From: Tubulanus polymorphus
Taxonomy: Eukaryota > Animalia > Nemertea
Length of the DNA: 64,000 nt
Assembly: GCF_964204645.1 (NCBI RefSeq)
Contig: NC_134027.1
Coordinates: 24,948,560 to 25,012,559, forward strand
Direction: 5' to 3'
Positions 1 through 11,568 of this stretch are shown one piece after another. Numbering within the stretch: position 1 is the stretch's first letter; every line of letters begins with the position of its first letter. The notes beneath the pieces are model-generated. The model had not been told where the DNA came from, ran no database searches, and saw only the letters and a list, made by a program, of their open reading frames with translations. Both the position numbers and the translations under genes were made by a program.

Positions 1-631
1 GAGGATGAGACGGAGAGGGAGGTGGGAGTGGTACTAATGAAGCAACCTCCCGGGGACACGATATCAAAAATAACCCCGAATAGCTTGAAGAGATATCATT
101 GATAAAAACAGAGAGCGCGTTATTAATCCCTGATCGACGTGTTTTAAACGATACCATCTGAATGTTTTTCATTTTCGCACTAATCAACTTCTAGTCAGTA
201 ACCGCAGTCGTTTTTTTAGTTTCACGATCCATCCAAACCGCAGTCAGGAATAGTGAGAAATGGCTTAAGAAAAGCCATAATATGTCATTATAGCGGACCC
301 CTCATGGCTGTGGCGGGAGAGAGAAATGAGTGGAACAGCCAACACTTTGTTTTGGCTGTGCCACAAGTTAGCAGCAAGTATTACTGTCACTATAATGCCT
401 AACGTTAATCTTGGTATAACATCTACCCTTAAACACTCTTGTGGTGCTAATTTCACATTGGGAACACCTTCATTAGTTATCACACCTCGAGATAAGTTCA
501 GCGATAAACCCTTAACTTGAGATGCATCTGAGTACCCTATGCAAAAATCGTTTTTTTTAAATTGTACCCGGGGTATAACAAATCGAAAACGATTCACTCT
601 TTCTCCTTCGATCGATTATCCTTTTTTTCAG

Positions 632-3600
632 AATTTTAACGAGACGGCTGAAGGAATCAAGGGTATATCGGATCTACTGAGCGGATACTCGACTCCGATG
701 AGTGACGCGTTCAAACATCTCAATTTTGCCGTTCGTTTGAAACTCGTAAGCAAAACACCGAAAACAATGCAATCGATTTTCATTGCAATTTTCAATTAGG
801 AATAAGTATCCTAAGTTTGGACTGTTTTTTTTCTGATTTTAGGCAGCCGAAAAAGACCCACCTCCCTCCCCTGTATCATATACCATACAGCGTATGCAAA
901 ACGAGTTTACAAAAGAGGTAAAACAATACGTCGCATCCGCTGCTGGTAATCTTTTACCCCTAAAATTAGTTTAATGTCTTCGTCATTTCTTTCATCATAA
1001 ATATAAGTGAATGATGTTGATGAAACTTCGTGGTGCCAAATCTATGAAACGTGGACCCTGTTTTCAAGATCATATCGTCTGTTCGTTTTCTATTACAGAT
1101 CGACTGGATGCAATTTTTCACCAAACTGCTCGAGCCAGCCGCTGAACCGAGCGTTCATTACGAAATATTGATTAAAAATCCCGGCTTTTTGAAACAATTG
1201 ACGACGATTCTGGCCAAACAAAAGACAGTCGACAATTACAGGTATTGAATCGCCCGCCTTGGGTCGAGACTAAAGAGATTAAAGTCGCGCTCTCTTCGAC
1301 CCAAGCCAAATTTAGGATTAGGCCCGGGCCGACCATTTAATACAAGGGTGGCCAGTGGGTGCATGTTTGACGCGGGCCAAATTAACTAACCAAAAACATC
1401 GGGCCATGCCTGTGCAGGAAGCACGAGTCACGCGTGTGACTCTTGTTCTATAGACGCAACCCCTTCGCTTGTCGCTGCATTGTTAAGTATCGAGTGAGCG
1501 AGAGAAAAAGAGAAATCCCGCAGTAAATTCAGCCAACGATGAAGAAAGTTCAAAGGTTTATTTGAACAACGTTTCGACTTATCGACTAATAGCTATTTGT
1601 CTGTAGGAATTAGTCTTAAGCCGAAACTATTACTCAAATATATAAACCTTAACCTTATACTCAAGATCTTTACATGATTATTTCTTCGATTTTGGCTGAT
1701 TTATTTTGGGATTACTCATCGTTTATTCATCTCACATGGAAATTGAGTATCTTCTCGACTTATCGAGTGAGTGATTCAGGCGTATAATTAAGCACCGCCC
1801 AATTCGACTCGGGTCTGGTCCGGCCAGTTTGACCGGGGGCAAATCGTCTGCTAAATTCATCGAAATCCAGGTGAATACACCGACTTTCGACACGATCTCT
1901 GGTTATCGTACGGGAATTCCCTAGTCAGAATGATCTTACGCAAAAACCTGTCATCAATGTCTTTCGGCGAAGTGGTAGTCAGTGCGAAAGGCGAAAAGTC
2001 CGAAGCTCGATGAAGCTATCGATTGTGGTTTCGTTGAAGTTATCCCACAAATCATTCGAACATTTTTTCGCCGAACGACCCAAATAGATGTCAGAATATT
2101 AAATGTATTTTTTTCCGAAATGACCGAGATAGATGTTCATGTCAGAATTGTGTCTCGTTTATTCGACGTACAAATCAAGATTAGGAATGAACGATCGATT
2201 GATGATTGATCAAAGTAACACACGCGAATCGCGCCGTGGTTCCTCGCCCGCCCGCCCGCAGACGGAGGCAACGACGTCGCGAAATCTAATATCGAGCCGG
2301 CGACAAAAACCTCAAAGAAATAAACGACTCCTCGGCGGCCTATTTGAGGCTTTATTGAAATAGCTTTGATGTTCGATACGTTGATTGGTTACGGCGAAAA
2401 AATCTCGAGACACAAGAGACGCAGCCACGTTCGGTAGCGCCATCGGTATTCTAGGCATCACAGTTCGCGGGTATACATCAGCGAGCGCAATTAGCCGAGC
2501 TTTAAGACATTGCACCAATGGTCCCCTAAGTCTATAACGTTCTCATTTTTACAATGCGCACCGCGAATATCCCGAACAGCCCAATTCCCCACAGATTGAT
2601 TAAAAAATTATTGGCCAAAAGCGAGAAATATTCTTTGATTCTTAAACGATATCATAGAAATCGAGACGTGTCTGAGTCGAATAAACCATTTAACCGTTGC
2701 GAGCCGTTATTTTGTTCCGGTACTCTTTTATATCGCTCTCGTCTCGGATTGTTGCAAATTTGAGAAATGAATTATACGTGAACGTCGCAGTATCCACTGT
2801 CAAAATCCATCGAAGGATCGGTGATATATGATAACACAGGCAACACAAATAGTATTTGAAAAGAGAGTGACCCAACAATTGGACAAAAGTATCCTAACAA
2901 AATGGCGGCTAGCAACTGTAAGATAGTTTATTATGCAAACTGTAATGGATTTTTTCATTTTTCTTATTCAGATCACTGCGCGATTTCGTGTGGCTAGTTT
3001 TCACATTCCAAAACGCTAAATACATGGGCGAAGACATGCCCTACGCCGACTGGAACGTACGTATATAATGCGTGCAATTATGTAGCAACATAGCTTTGAA
3101 CTCAGATTCGGAATCGAAACCTTGTATTCATAAAACCCGAGTCATTTTACAGAAATAGAAATGTCTACTAGGGTGTGGTTGCGTAACCACTTTGCTTTTG
3201 TTCAAAGCCCGTGCAGAAAGTTGCAACCAACAGAACGGTTATTAGTTTTCCATTCATGAAAATCTTTCATAGCCGCGCGTAGCTGGAGGATTGAATATTA
3301 CAAAATCGATTTGAATTTTATTGCGATCAATTCGTAGTGTGACGTCAGACGTCTCAGGGCTATGATTAGATCTGTTTTTGAAATAACGTTATAGTTTTGT
3401 ACATCGTGAGTTGACCTTGACTTTGCCGGTTACGAATTTCAGAAACTGCAGTATTAAATCAGGGTTCAGTGTCAAATTCAACTCAAAAATGTAGGCGGCT
3501 TTGATATTAAATTAATATCATTCTCAATGCATCCTTTATCTCTCTTTCGTCCCAAGATAGCAATGAATCATCGGCAACGTCTGTAATTTAGAATTTTATC

Positions 3601-6600
3601 GCATGCAATAAAATCTAAAATATCGCTGTCGTATTCTTTCAATAGCACTCTTTTTACGGATACGACTACGGTAAATATCACGTGACCAAACGGCGCCGGA
3701 AGTCGCGACGCCGCCGTCGTAGACGACCACGTGGTCGTAGGTTCGGCTATCAGTCGGCTGTTCCCGTACGTGGTTTTAGTTTATCACATCAGTTGTTAGT
3801 TGTAGTTTAGTGCGTGCGTTTTTAGTATTGTATTGTGTCCTTCCTTATAGCTACGTGATGATGTCATTGTCGGTTCGGTGTTTGAATGTAATTCAGTGCT
3901 GAGTGACACGCGGGTTCGAGTCCCGCATCAGGATGCCTCTAAAATACAAATAGCGGGCTTCTTTTTGTACCTTCTAATGTTTTCAATATTCAGACCTATT
4001 CTTAATAAGTGCACCCTGTTAGTGCACTCCTGGATTCGCTGTCTTTGGCCTGCACTGGGTAAACCATACCCACCCACCATAGAACGGGGCCCTGCATCTA
4101 AGACACTTCGAGTTTAATATTAGAACCTTTATGAAACTTCAATTCATAATCAAACCATATCATTATTTACCATCAAAACTCCCTCTATACGGTCAGCCTC
4201 CTAGCTGTGAGATTCAGTGTTAACCTCTTATATTGTTCTTTGAGGGTATAAAAATCTACTTTAAATGACTTGTAGATTTTATCTAAAACATTCTATAAGA
4301 TTAGTTTTTCTCTCTTCAAAATATCAATGCTATCTACATCCGTTTTGCGCAGTTTAACTTGCCCTGATTACACTGAAGTGTGGGTGTGACAACATCAGAA
4401 TATTTCAGATTCTTCGTTCCGTGAAACTGGCCCATATGGACACGTTCTCAATCGAACGTTTCGATCGATAAGAAATTATCAAAGATTTGACGACCTGAAA
4501 GATCGAAATCTGCGATCTCATATAAATCATTCTACCGTTTTTACAGATTATGGTTCGACGAATCGATTGGAGGACGTGCGTTAATGAACTGATTACCGGA
4601 CACCCGGGATGGAGGTTAGCTATGGAAGCGCTATTTATCAGACGGTATCTGCCTTCGAGAATCAATGAGCGCAACGAGGTATGAACATGTTATTAGTATA
4701 ATATAATATAATTTATTTTTCATCATTATGTCATGCAAGATGCAATATAGGAGTTAAACATAGTTTTTACAGACATAAGATGAGGGACACAGTGCGAGCC
4801 TAGGGCTGTACTTATAATTACTAAGGCACTGTGCCCACGTGCATTATGTGCAAGGTGCATTACAAATAGATATATATGTTACTTTATAATATATGAATAT
4901 CGTTAACATTATTATATTCATCCATATTCATAATAATAAGAAGGATTATAATAATTAATGATAATAATAATAATAATAGTAATAATAATAATAATAATAA
5001 TAATGATAATAATATAACCATCGAATCAACCATTATTAGATAATAACTTATATTATCGAATATTGTGTTCTATCATTTTTTCAACCCGAATGACGAGAGA
5101 CTAAAGACTAACGCACACGACCCTGGGAAACACGGAAACCGGACAGAAGAGATAGAAACATGTTTCCGAGCGTTTCACTGATATCAATTTCAGAAATCTG
5201 AATTTATTACCTGGTAAAATGAACTGTCCGATAATTTATGGAGATCAAATCAAAATGGGTTTGATTGATAGTCATGACTTGACTGTAAATCTGTTAGAAT
5301 ATAATCAAATTCTAGTAGACCAAAGTTGTACTTACTTCGGTATTAATCAAGTGCATGCTTGAAATTCCGTTAAAACTGCAAAAGCACTTTTCTAATAACT
5401 TGCAACGATTCTAAGCTTCGCTTTGATACAGTTTGAACTTTATAAGAAAGATTGCATGACTTACGTGTACCTGTGCTCGTTCTAAAGTCCCCAAAGCATG
5501 GTTCGTTTTTTCGGTTAAAAAAGCTTTGATCTTTGATACAATTGATAAAAATAGACAAAAATCATAATGGGGATTTAGACACTGTTGGGACCTACTGTCT
5601 TTGATTCCGTATTTCAAGATGGCGTCGTCAAGTGCAAAGGAAAACAGTTCTATTGTAAATAAAAACAAAAACGCACCAACTCAAACTCGCATTACATACA
5701 ATTTCTTTAATGGCTCGACCTTGAATTACAGATTGATAGCATGATCGAAAAAATACGAAAATCCTTCATCGAAATCATCATATCTAAAACCTGGATCGAC
5801 GACCAAACAAAAGCTCTGTGCGTTCAAAAAGCCGAAAAGATGTCGAAGAAAGTTCTATACCCGGCGGCCGTGCTCAACGGCACAGCTATCAACCTCTATT
5901 ACAAACCGGTAGGCTATTAGAGTCGCGCTCCGGAATATTGTCAGCACTCTGTCCGTGCCGTGATGACAACATAGTTAATCCCACATTTAAAATGAAGAAA
6001 ACAATGAAGTCCGAAATGTTTTTCTTCGGGTTAATAGTTTATTTTCATTATTACTGTGAGATTCTCTATATCATTATGTTGACATCATCGTAAATCTCAT
6101 TTTTATCGACATTCCGTACGAGTCAAACGTTCAGTGATTGACTAAGGTATCATAACTTAACTAAGAGACGATGCAAGTTAAACATCAAACAAAGGAATAC
6201 AATGAAATTGATTGACAATTCCAAACGGATGCAACAAACCCAAATTTCGCATCAACGTTGGAGGTTTTCTAGATTTCGAAAGCTAAGGAGCCCAAGAAAG
6301 GGTTTAATTACTGGATTTCGAAATTTGAGAGAGCTTTTCATCTGGACACTGAACGGATAAACCAGACATTCATTCCATTTTATTCATTTGAAGTGATATA
6401 TCGACGACATTTTCTTTCGTAGTTGGACATGCGACCTGGTAAATACTTCGAAAACTACATGTCGCTGAATCGATGGCGAGTGAAAGCCGAGTACGAAAGT
6501 GCTATTGACCCGGGAGCTAAACTTCTCAAGTAAGATCGTTAACCATTGACTAAACTCTCTTTTTCCGTGCTTTGAAAATTATGAATCCTGGCACTTATAG

Positions 6601-9025
6601 TTTATTCAACGAGTTTAGGTTACGTTCCCACAGTGTTGCGCTAGTGTTTTTAAAACATAGTCATAGTTATGGTTAGGTTAGGTTAGGTACAAAACCATTT
6701 GGGACACCTAAACTGCAGTCGCCTCGTTTAATGCCTAAGAAAACATTTCAGACTCTTCTTATTCCGAATGTTGGATTTGATATAGTCTTACATGAACAAT
6801 TCGCTTATTTTCAGCTGGGACGAAGGAATCTATCAAACAAACGCGTTCTACTCGCCGATATTCAACGAATTTTGTAAGTACATAATGTGTAAATTACAGA
6901 CTTACGTTAATGTATAATGATAAAATGTGTAACCTGTAAACATTTTCTATTCGTCTGTTTGATACTTGTGTGTGCATGGCGTGTGAGTGTGATAAACGGT
7001 TGTATGAATACTTCTTGGTGATACGGCCTTAATATGGAAATAAGGCTAACTTCATTAATGTCTAGTGACATGTGAGATGACCCGTGCATTCAAATTTTAG
7101 TCGCACCTGTTATAGTCATCAATAATTCGGCAGAATTCATCCGAACATCCTGAATTCTTAACTGATGTTAATGCGAACAGGCGATGACCAGGCCCCAGGG
7201 GTCACCACAGTCATCCACATACTCATGGATTTCAATTCAATATGACGAAAAACTCAGCTTCAATCGTGTCCGACTGTCCAGTGTTGCCAACTGGTGGATC
7301 CTCACATGCCACAGCCGACTGCGGAGTAGGCCTACTCGTCTACTTAGTTCTTAAGCCGCTTATTTTCTATCTAATGAATATTTTCACGTCTCTTTAGGAT
7401 GCATTTTCAATGCAATTTTAGTGGTACAATGCATCAATAAAGCTTCAATTTAGTTTTCTTGTTTACCCTTTTCGTAGCAATATTGGCGGCGATAGTCGAT
7501 ACGCCCTATTACGAGATCGGTGTGCCCAAGTATCTGAACTACGGCAGTATCGGGACGGTTATCGGGCACGAAATGACCCACGGATTCGATACGCAAGGTA
7601 AATACAAGGAACTATTGGTATTACATAGTCTATGAAACGGTGATGTTTCTGTTTTTGACACAAACGTAATAAGAAATAATTTGAAAATCTGTGGAATATT
7701 GTGTCCTCATTAAAGTTTTGTGCAAAGGTACCATAACCTGTTCTAAAACGTAGAAATTACAAATATCTTTTTGAATTTTGAAATAAGTAAATTTGTCTCA
7801 TATTTTTCTTGAATTTTTTATTTTCTATCGAAGGCATGTACTACAATCCGGCCGGGCAACATCAAACGTGGTGGAAACTGGAGTCGATTATACAGTTTGA
7901 GAACAGGGCCGCCTGCTTCGTTTATCAGTACGGGAACATGAGCATGTACATACCCTACAGAAACCGTACATTACACGTGAGTTACACTCCAGAGACTTTC
8001 TCATTTGAAGAATGCTACTCATTTTTCTAGTCTTCAAGTTCTTAAAGATGTGAAATTTACTAAGTGAAAAGGATGAAATAATATGTTACACAGACTCGTC
8101 AAAGGTGATTTTGAAAACTTCACGTGTCTATCGTATTTACATAGGGAAATGGCAATCAAGCTGGGGATCTGGAAAGTTAAGCGCACTGAGCAGCTTCGCT
8201 GTATTTAGTGCTATAAGGCACATCATTACCAGTATCATTATCTGTGAATCTTGACCAACGTGAATGGCTCCTAAGATGATTTTAATTCGACAAGTTTAAA
8301 GATAATTTCACACCTATTTTTAGGTAAATGGGACCAAGACTTTGGGTGAAAATATGGCTGATAGCGGAGGTGTCAACTCGGCCTTTCGGGTAAGGGATCA
8401 AACGTTAAAACGTAACATTACTCCACGGTAAATGCATCAGTGGAGACAAAGGCAACACCTATTAGATCCTACCAGATCTTTTTCCATTGATACTTTTTTT
8501 CTAAAGGCTTGGAAGACTTCTACATCGGGAACAAAAGCTGAGCCTGTACTGCCGGGTATGCCGACATCGATGTCACCCGAAAAACTATTTTTCATATCGT
8601 TAGCTCAGGTCAGTATATATCTGAAACTCAGTAACAACTAAAGCTAGTGATATCAAATCAAATCAAATCAAATATAGCTGGATTTATAGAGGAACATACT
8701 GGTATTCTCTTGTTTAATTCATCTTCAGACTTATTGCGTGAAGTCGAATTTCGACACTCTTGAAAACTCATTCCTAACTGATGAACACACTCCCGACGAA
8801 TTACGGTAAAATAATCAACTCAAATTCAATCGCATCTCATCCAGCTGTTCCCGAACCAGAAAATCCAAAAAATATCCATAGAACCGGTTTTTCATAATCT
8901 GAAATGTGTTTTTCTTCTTATTCAGCGTAAACGGATTTGTGATGAACTCTAACGATTTTTCAAGCGCTTTTAAATGTACCGCCGGTTCACCGATGAATCC
9001 TGTGAAAAAATGCAAACTGTGGTGA
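632..9025 (+). CDS. M13 family zinc metallopeptidase (neprilysin/endothelin-converting enzyme-like), 5'-partial, multi-exon
   Basis: Phase-consistent AG/GT-bounded exons: 632-745, 843-917, 1099-1241, 2972-3056, 4547-4678, 5732-5908, 6423-6529, 6815-6873, 7478-7597, 7834-7976, 8324-8389, 8507-8608, 8729-8805, 8926-9025. The spliced protein has TNAFYSP, LNYGSIGTVIGHEMTHGFD (HExxH), TLGENMADSGG (third Zn ligand), DEHTP..R and the C-terminal FKCTAGSPMNPVKKCKLW*. The start lies upstream of the window. Confidence 0.93.
1499..1760. mobile_element. Degenerate Penelope-like inverted-repeat insertion (hammerhead-family relic)
   Basis: Flanked by the direct repeat TATCGAGTGAG (1488-1498, 1761-1771). 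Inverted arms, CAACGTTTCGAC and GGGATT motifs resemble the elements at 48.2 and 59.6 kb. The ribozyme core is decayed. Confidence 0.55.
3405..4391. mobile_element. Possible solo LTR (Gypsy-like) in a peptidase intron
   Basis: Ends (C)GTGAG...GTGACA, flanked by ACAT(C) on both sides (3401 and 4392). About 1 kb, non-coding, with an internal GGTTCGAGTCCC motif. The 5' TG would have to have mutated to CG. Confidence 0.4.
4955..5014. repeat. (AAT)n microsatellite
   Basis: Run of aataataat, possibly the tail of an adjacent reverse-oriented LINE fragment at ~4710-4860. Confidence 0.9.
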
Positions 9026-9644
9026 CCGAAAGTCGGCAGTCTTAAACGCGTAATTTACAATGCAACAAATCACGTATATGTATCATATGCAATGAATCAT
9101 TTAACATGTGAGTGAAATAAATTGGAAAAAAATGTATATTTTTTTGTATAAGAAAAGGTCGAAAAATGATTTCAAAAACTTATTGATATTTTCTAGTAAA
9201 TAAACACGTCATGCAGGGATCTGTGATCTGATAAGTGTTTCGTCATTTGTGTTTCTTTCGTTCGTAATATAGGACATAAGCCGCGTCAATCACTTCATAC
9301 ACCCCCACCCTAAAGAAATCTTGGAATCTTTGGAATCCACCTAACCTCAGTCGTGCATTTTCTGTACCAGGTCTGGAAAGTGGGCTGGAAAAGTAATTCT
9401 TGAGTTTCGATACTTAATTTTCTAAATAGGTGTTCTGTTTTTTTGGAATTAAGAACTTCTCCTGACCTCCGTTTGGTAGGCCCCGTTCCCCGTTGCGTTA
9501 TTAAGATGTCAATAATTCTTAGATGACTTCTAAGCACCTAGCAGTTGTTCGGATGTTACTTCTTCGCAGAGACTGATGCTGATATGACTGATACATGGAA
9601 TAGAGTCATTACATAGGCTGGGGGTGATGATACCAAATTTGAAG

Positions 9645-9759
9645 ACCCCTGTGAAGCTGGCTCCCGGTTCCCGGTTCCTTATTCGGCTCCCGATTCAAAA
9701 TGCTTTTGAATCGGGAGCCGAATCGGGAACCGGGAACCGGGAGCCAGCTTCACAGGGGT
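9645..9759. mobile_element. 115-bp fold-back MITE with 9-bp TSD (Mutator/MULE-like)
   Basis: Near-perfect palindrome ACCCCTGTGAAGCTGGCTCCCGG...CCGGGAGCCAGCTTCACAGGGGT, with the direct repeat AATTTGAAG at 9636-9644 and 9760-9768. Confidence 0.8.
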
Positions 9760-10171
9760 AATTTGAAGCGCATTTGAACTAGACTCTTTGGGATACCTGC
9801 GGGATATATGGCTCTGTGGGCGTTCTTAAAAAGGGATACCTTATTCTAATAAATATGTTATATAAAATCCCACTCTTTAGCATTATATATGTTTGATATT
9901 TTCATGCACTGCATTAGCTATAATCAATCATAATACACCGTAATAATAAACCACTCCATGAATGAATACATTTTACATTTATATACGTCCACATTCAAAT
10001 GAATCATATCGCCTCTACCCCGACCCCAACCCTCCTCTTAAGAATTATTCCGAAAAGGCCACGAATAACCGCACATTTTCTCTACGTCCCTGGACTACGT
10101 AACAATAACGCTTAGCAATGCTTACAATGAGTGTTCGTTATTTCTTCATGAGGGTTTTTTTATCGGGAAAC

Positions 10172-10444
10172 TACGGAAGCCCCTAGGTGACATATGAGAT
10201 AATTTTTTTCATAATTTCGACTTATTAAGTCGAATTTCGACATAATAAGTCGAATTTCGTGTTAATTAAGTTGAATTTTGACTTAATAAGTCGAAATTCG
10301 ACATGAAAATAAAACTCGAAATTCGACTTAATTAACACGAAATTCGACTTATTATGTCGAAATTCGACTTAATAAGTCGAAATTCGACTTAATAAGTCGA
10401 AATTGTGAAAAAAATTTCTCGTATGTCACCTAGGGGCTTCCGTA
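10172..10444. mobile_element. Non-autonomous IS3EU-like MITE
   Basis: TIRs TACGGAAGCCCCTAGGTGACATA/TATGTCACCTAGGGGCTTCCGTA, 6-bp TSD GGAAAC (10166-10171, 10445-10450) and internal AAGTCGAAATTCGACTT repeats. TAYGG termini with a 6-bp TSD characterise IS3EU. Confidence 0.8.
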
Positions 10445-10492
10445 GGAAACGACCGCGTATTGTAGACTTACGCCATGATTACGCGGTAGAAC

Positions 10493-10503
10493 GGGAAAAC
10501 CCC
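10493..10503 (+). promoter_or_regulatory. Candidate Rel/NF-kB-type site upstream of the ZNFX1-like gene
   Basis: GGGAAAACCCC about 160 bp before a probable 5'-UTR donor (GTAAGT at 10660). The acceptor of the coding exon is at 11501-11502. Motif match only. Confidence 0.3.
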
Positions 10504-11568
10504 CGCGATCAATAATACTCAGTATACGTCGGATAAACCAGTAACCGTCTACTGCGTAATTTTTACAGCAGTAGGTTCCATTGGAAACAAAGAGGCAATA
10601 TTTGGACCTACAGATTCAGCATTTGAATTTCAGGAGACTTCAAGTATCTAGGAAAAATAGTAAGTCCACAATGTACATTGTAAAACCGAATCCGTGCTAA
10701 TCCCGATTATAACTAGGTCGTGTTTGGAGTAAATTTCTCCTCCATTCGTCGATTGTGACCAATAACAACGAATTTATTTTATTTTTCACTCACTCAACCT
10801 TTCAAACTTTAATCTGAAACAAGACTTACCCTGAACATTATTTATATGAATATCATATATATTAAAATCAATTATATATTAATTATAAAAGTGTGAGTAA
10901 GTTGTGAAAAAAAATTCATATTTTAACAGATTTCGAATAAAAAAATATGTTAATAAATGGACAATTAAAAACTAACGAGTAATTAACGAGTTGATTAGAA
11001 TAAGGTTTCTTAACTAAAAACATAGTAAATTAATCAAATTTTTAAAAATATAAAATGTAACGAGTAATTAACGAGTTGATTAAAATAAGATTTCTTAAAT
11101 AAAAACATAGTGATGATTTCAGCATTACAACTGGAAAAAGTGATTTAAAACATTATTCAGTTGCTGGAGGTTTAATATTGGCTGCGCTTTATTTTTATTA
11201 TGAAAATATCAGTAAGGATCTGATGAATGAATATATGAAATTGAGGAAGAAATTGAAAAAATTAAATGGAAAAAATCACAGAAATAAAAATAAAAAAGTT
11301 GATTTATAAAATTATTTAGAGGATTAAGACAGCATCTTTTAATTTAATTTATTCTATATATTTTAACTATAAAAATGAGTGAAAATATATCAAATTTATT
11401 ATATCTTATATACAGAAATCAAGAGCAACTGAAATTAATTATTATGGTTGCAGCCTCAACTCTTTTACTGTCCGAGTCAATTACATGATTATATATACTT
11501 AGGCCTGCCTCTAGGATTTCTGCAAGACAAGTCGATTTTATTTTCAATCATAGGCACAGCAGAGTAAA

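Noticed and set aside
265-597. 110-aa minus-strand ORF
   Set aside because: No recognisable motif; it most likely lies in an intron of the plus-strand peptidase gene.
10215-10405. Short regularly repeated palindromic units resembling a CRISPR array
   Set aside because: There are no unique spacers, the units lie inside a TIR/TSD-bounded MITE, the context is eukaryotic and no cas genes are present.
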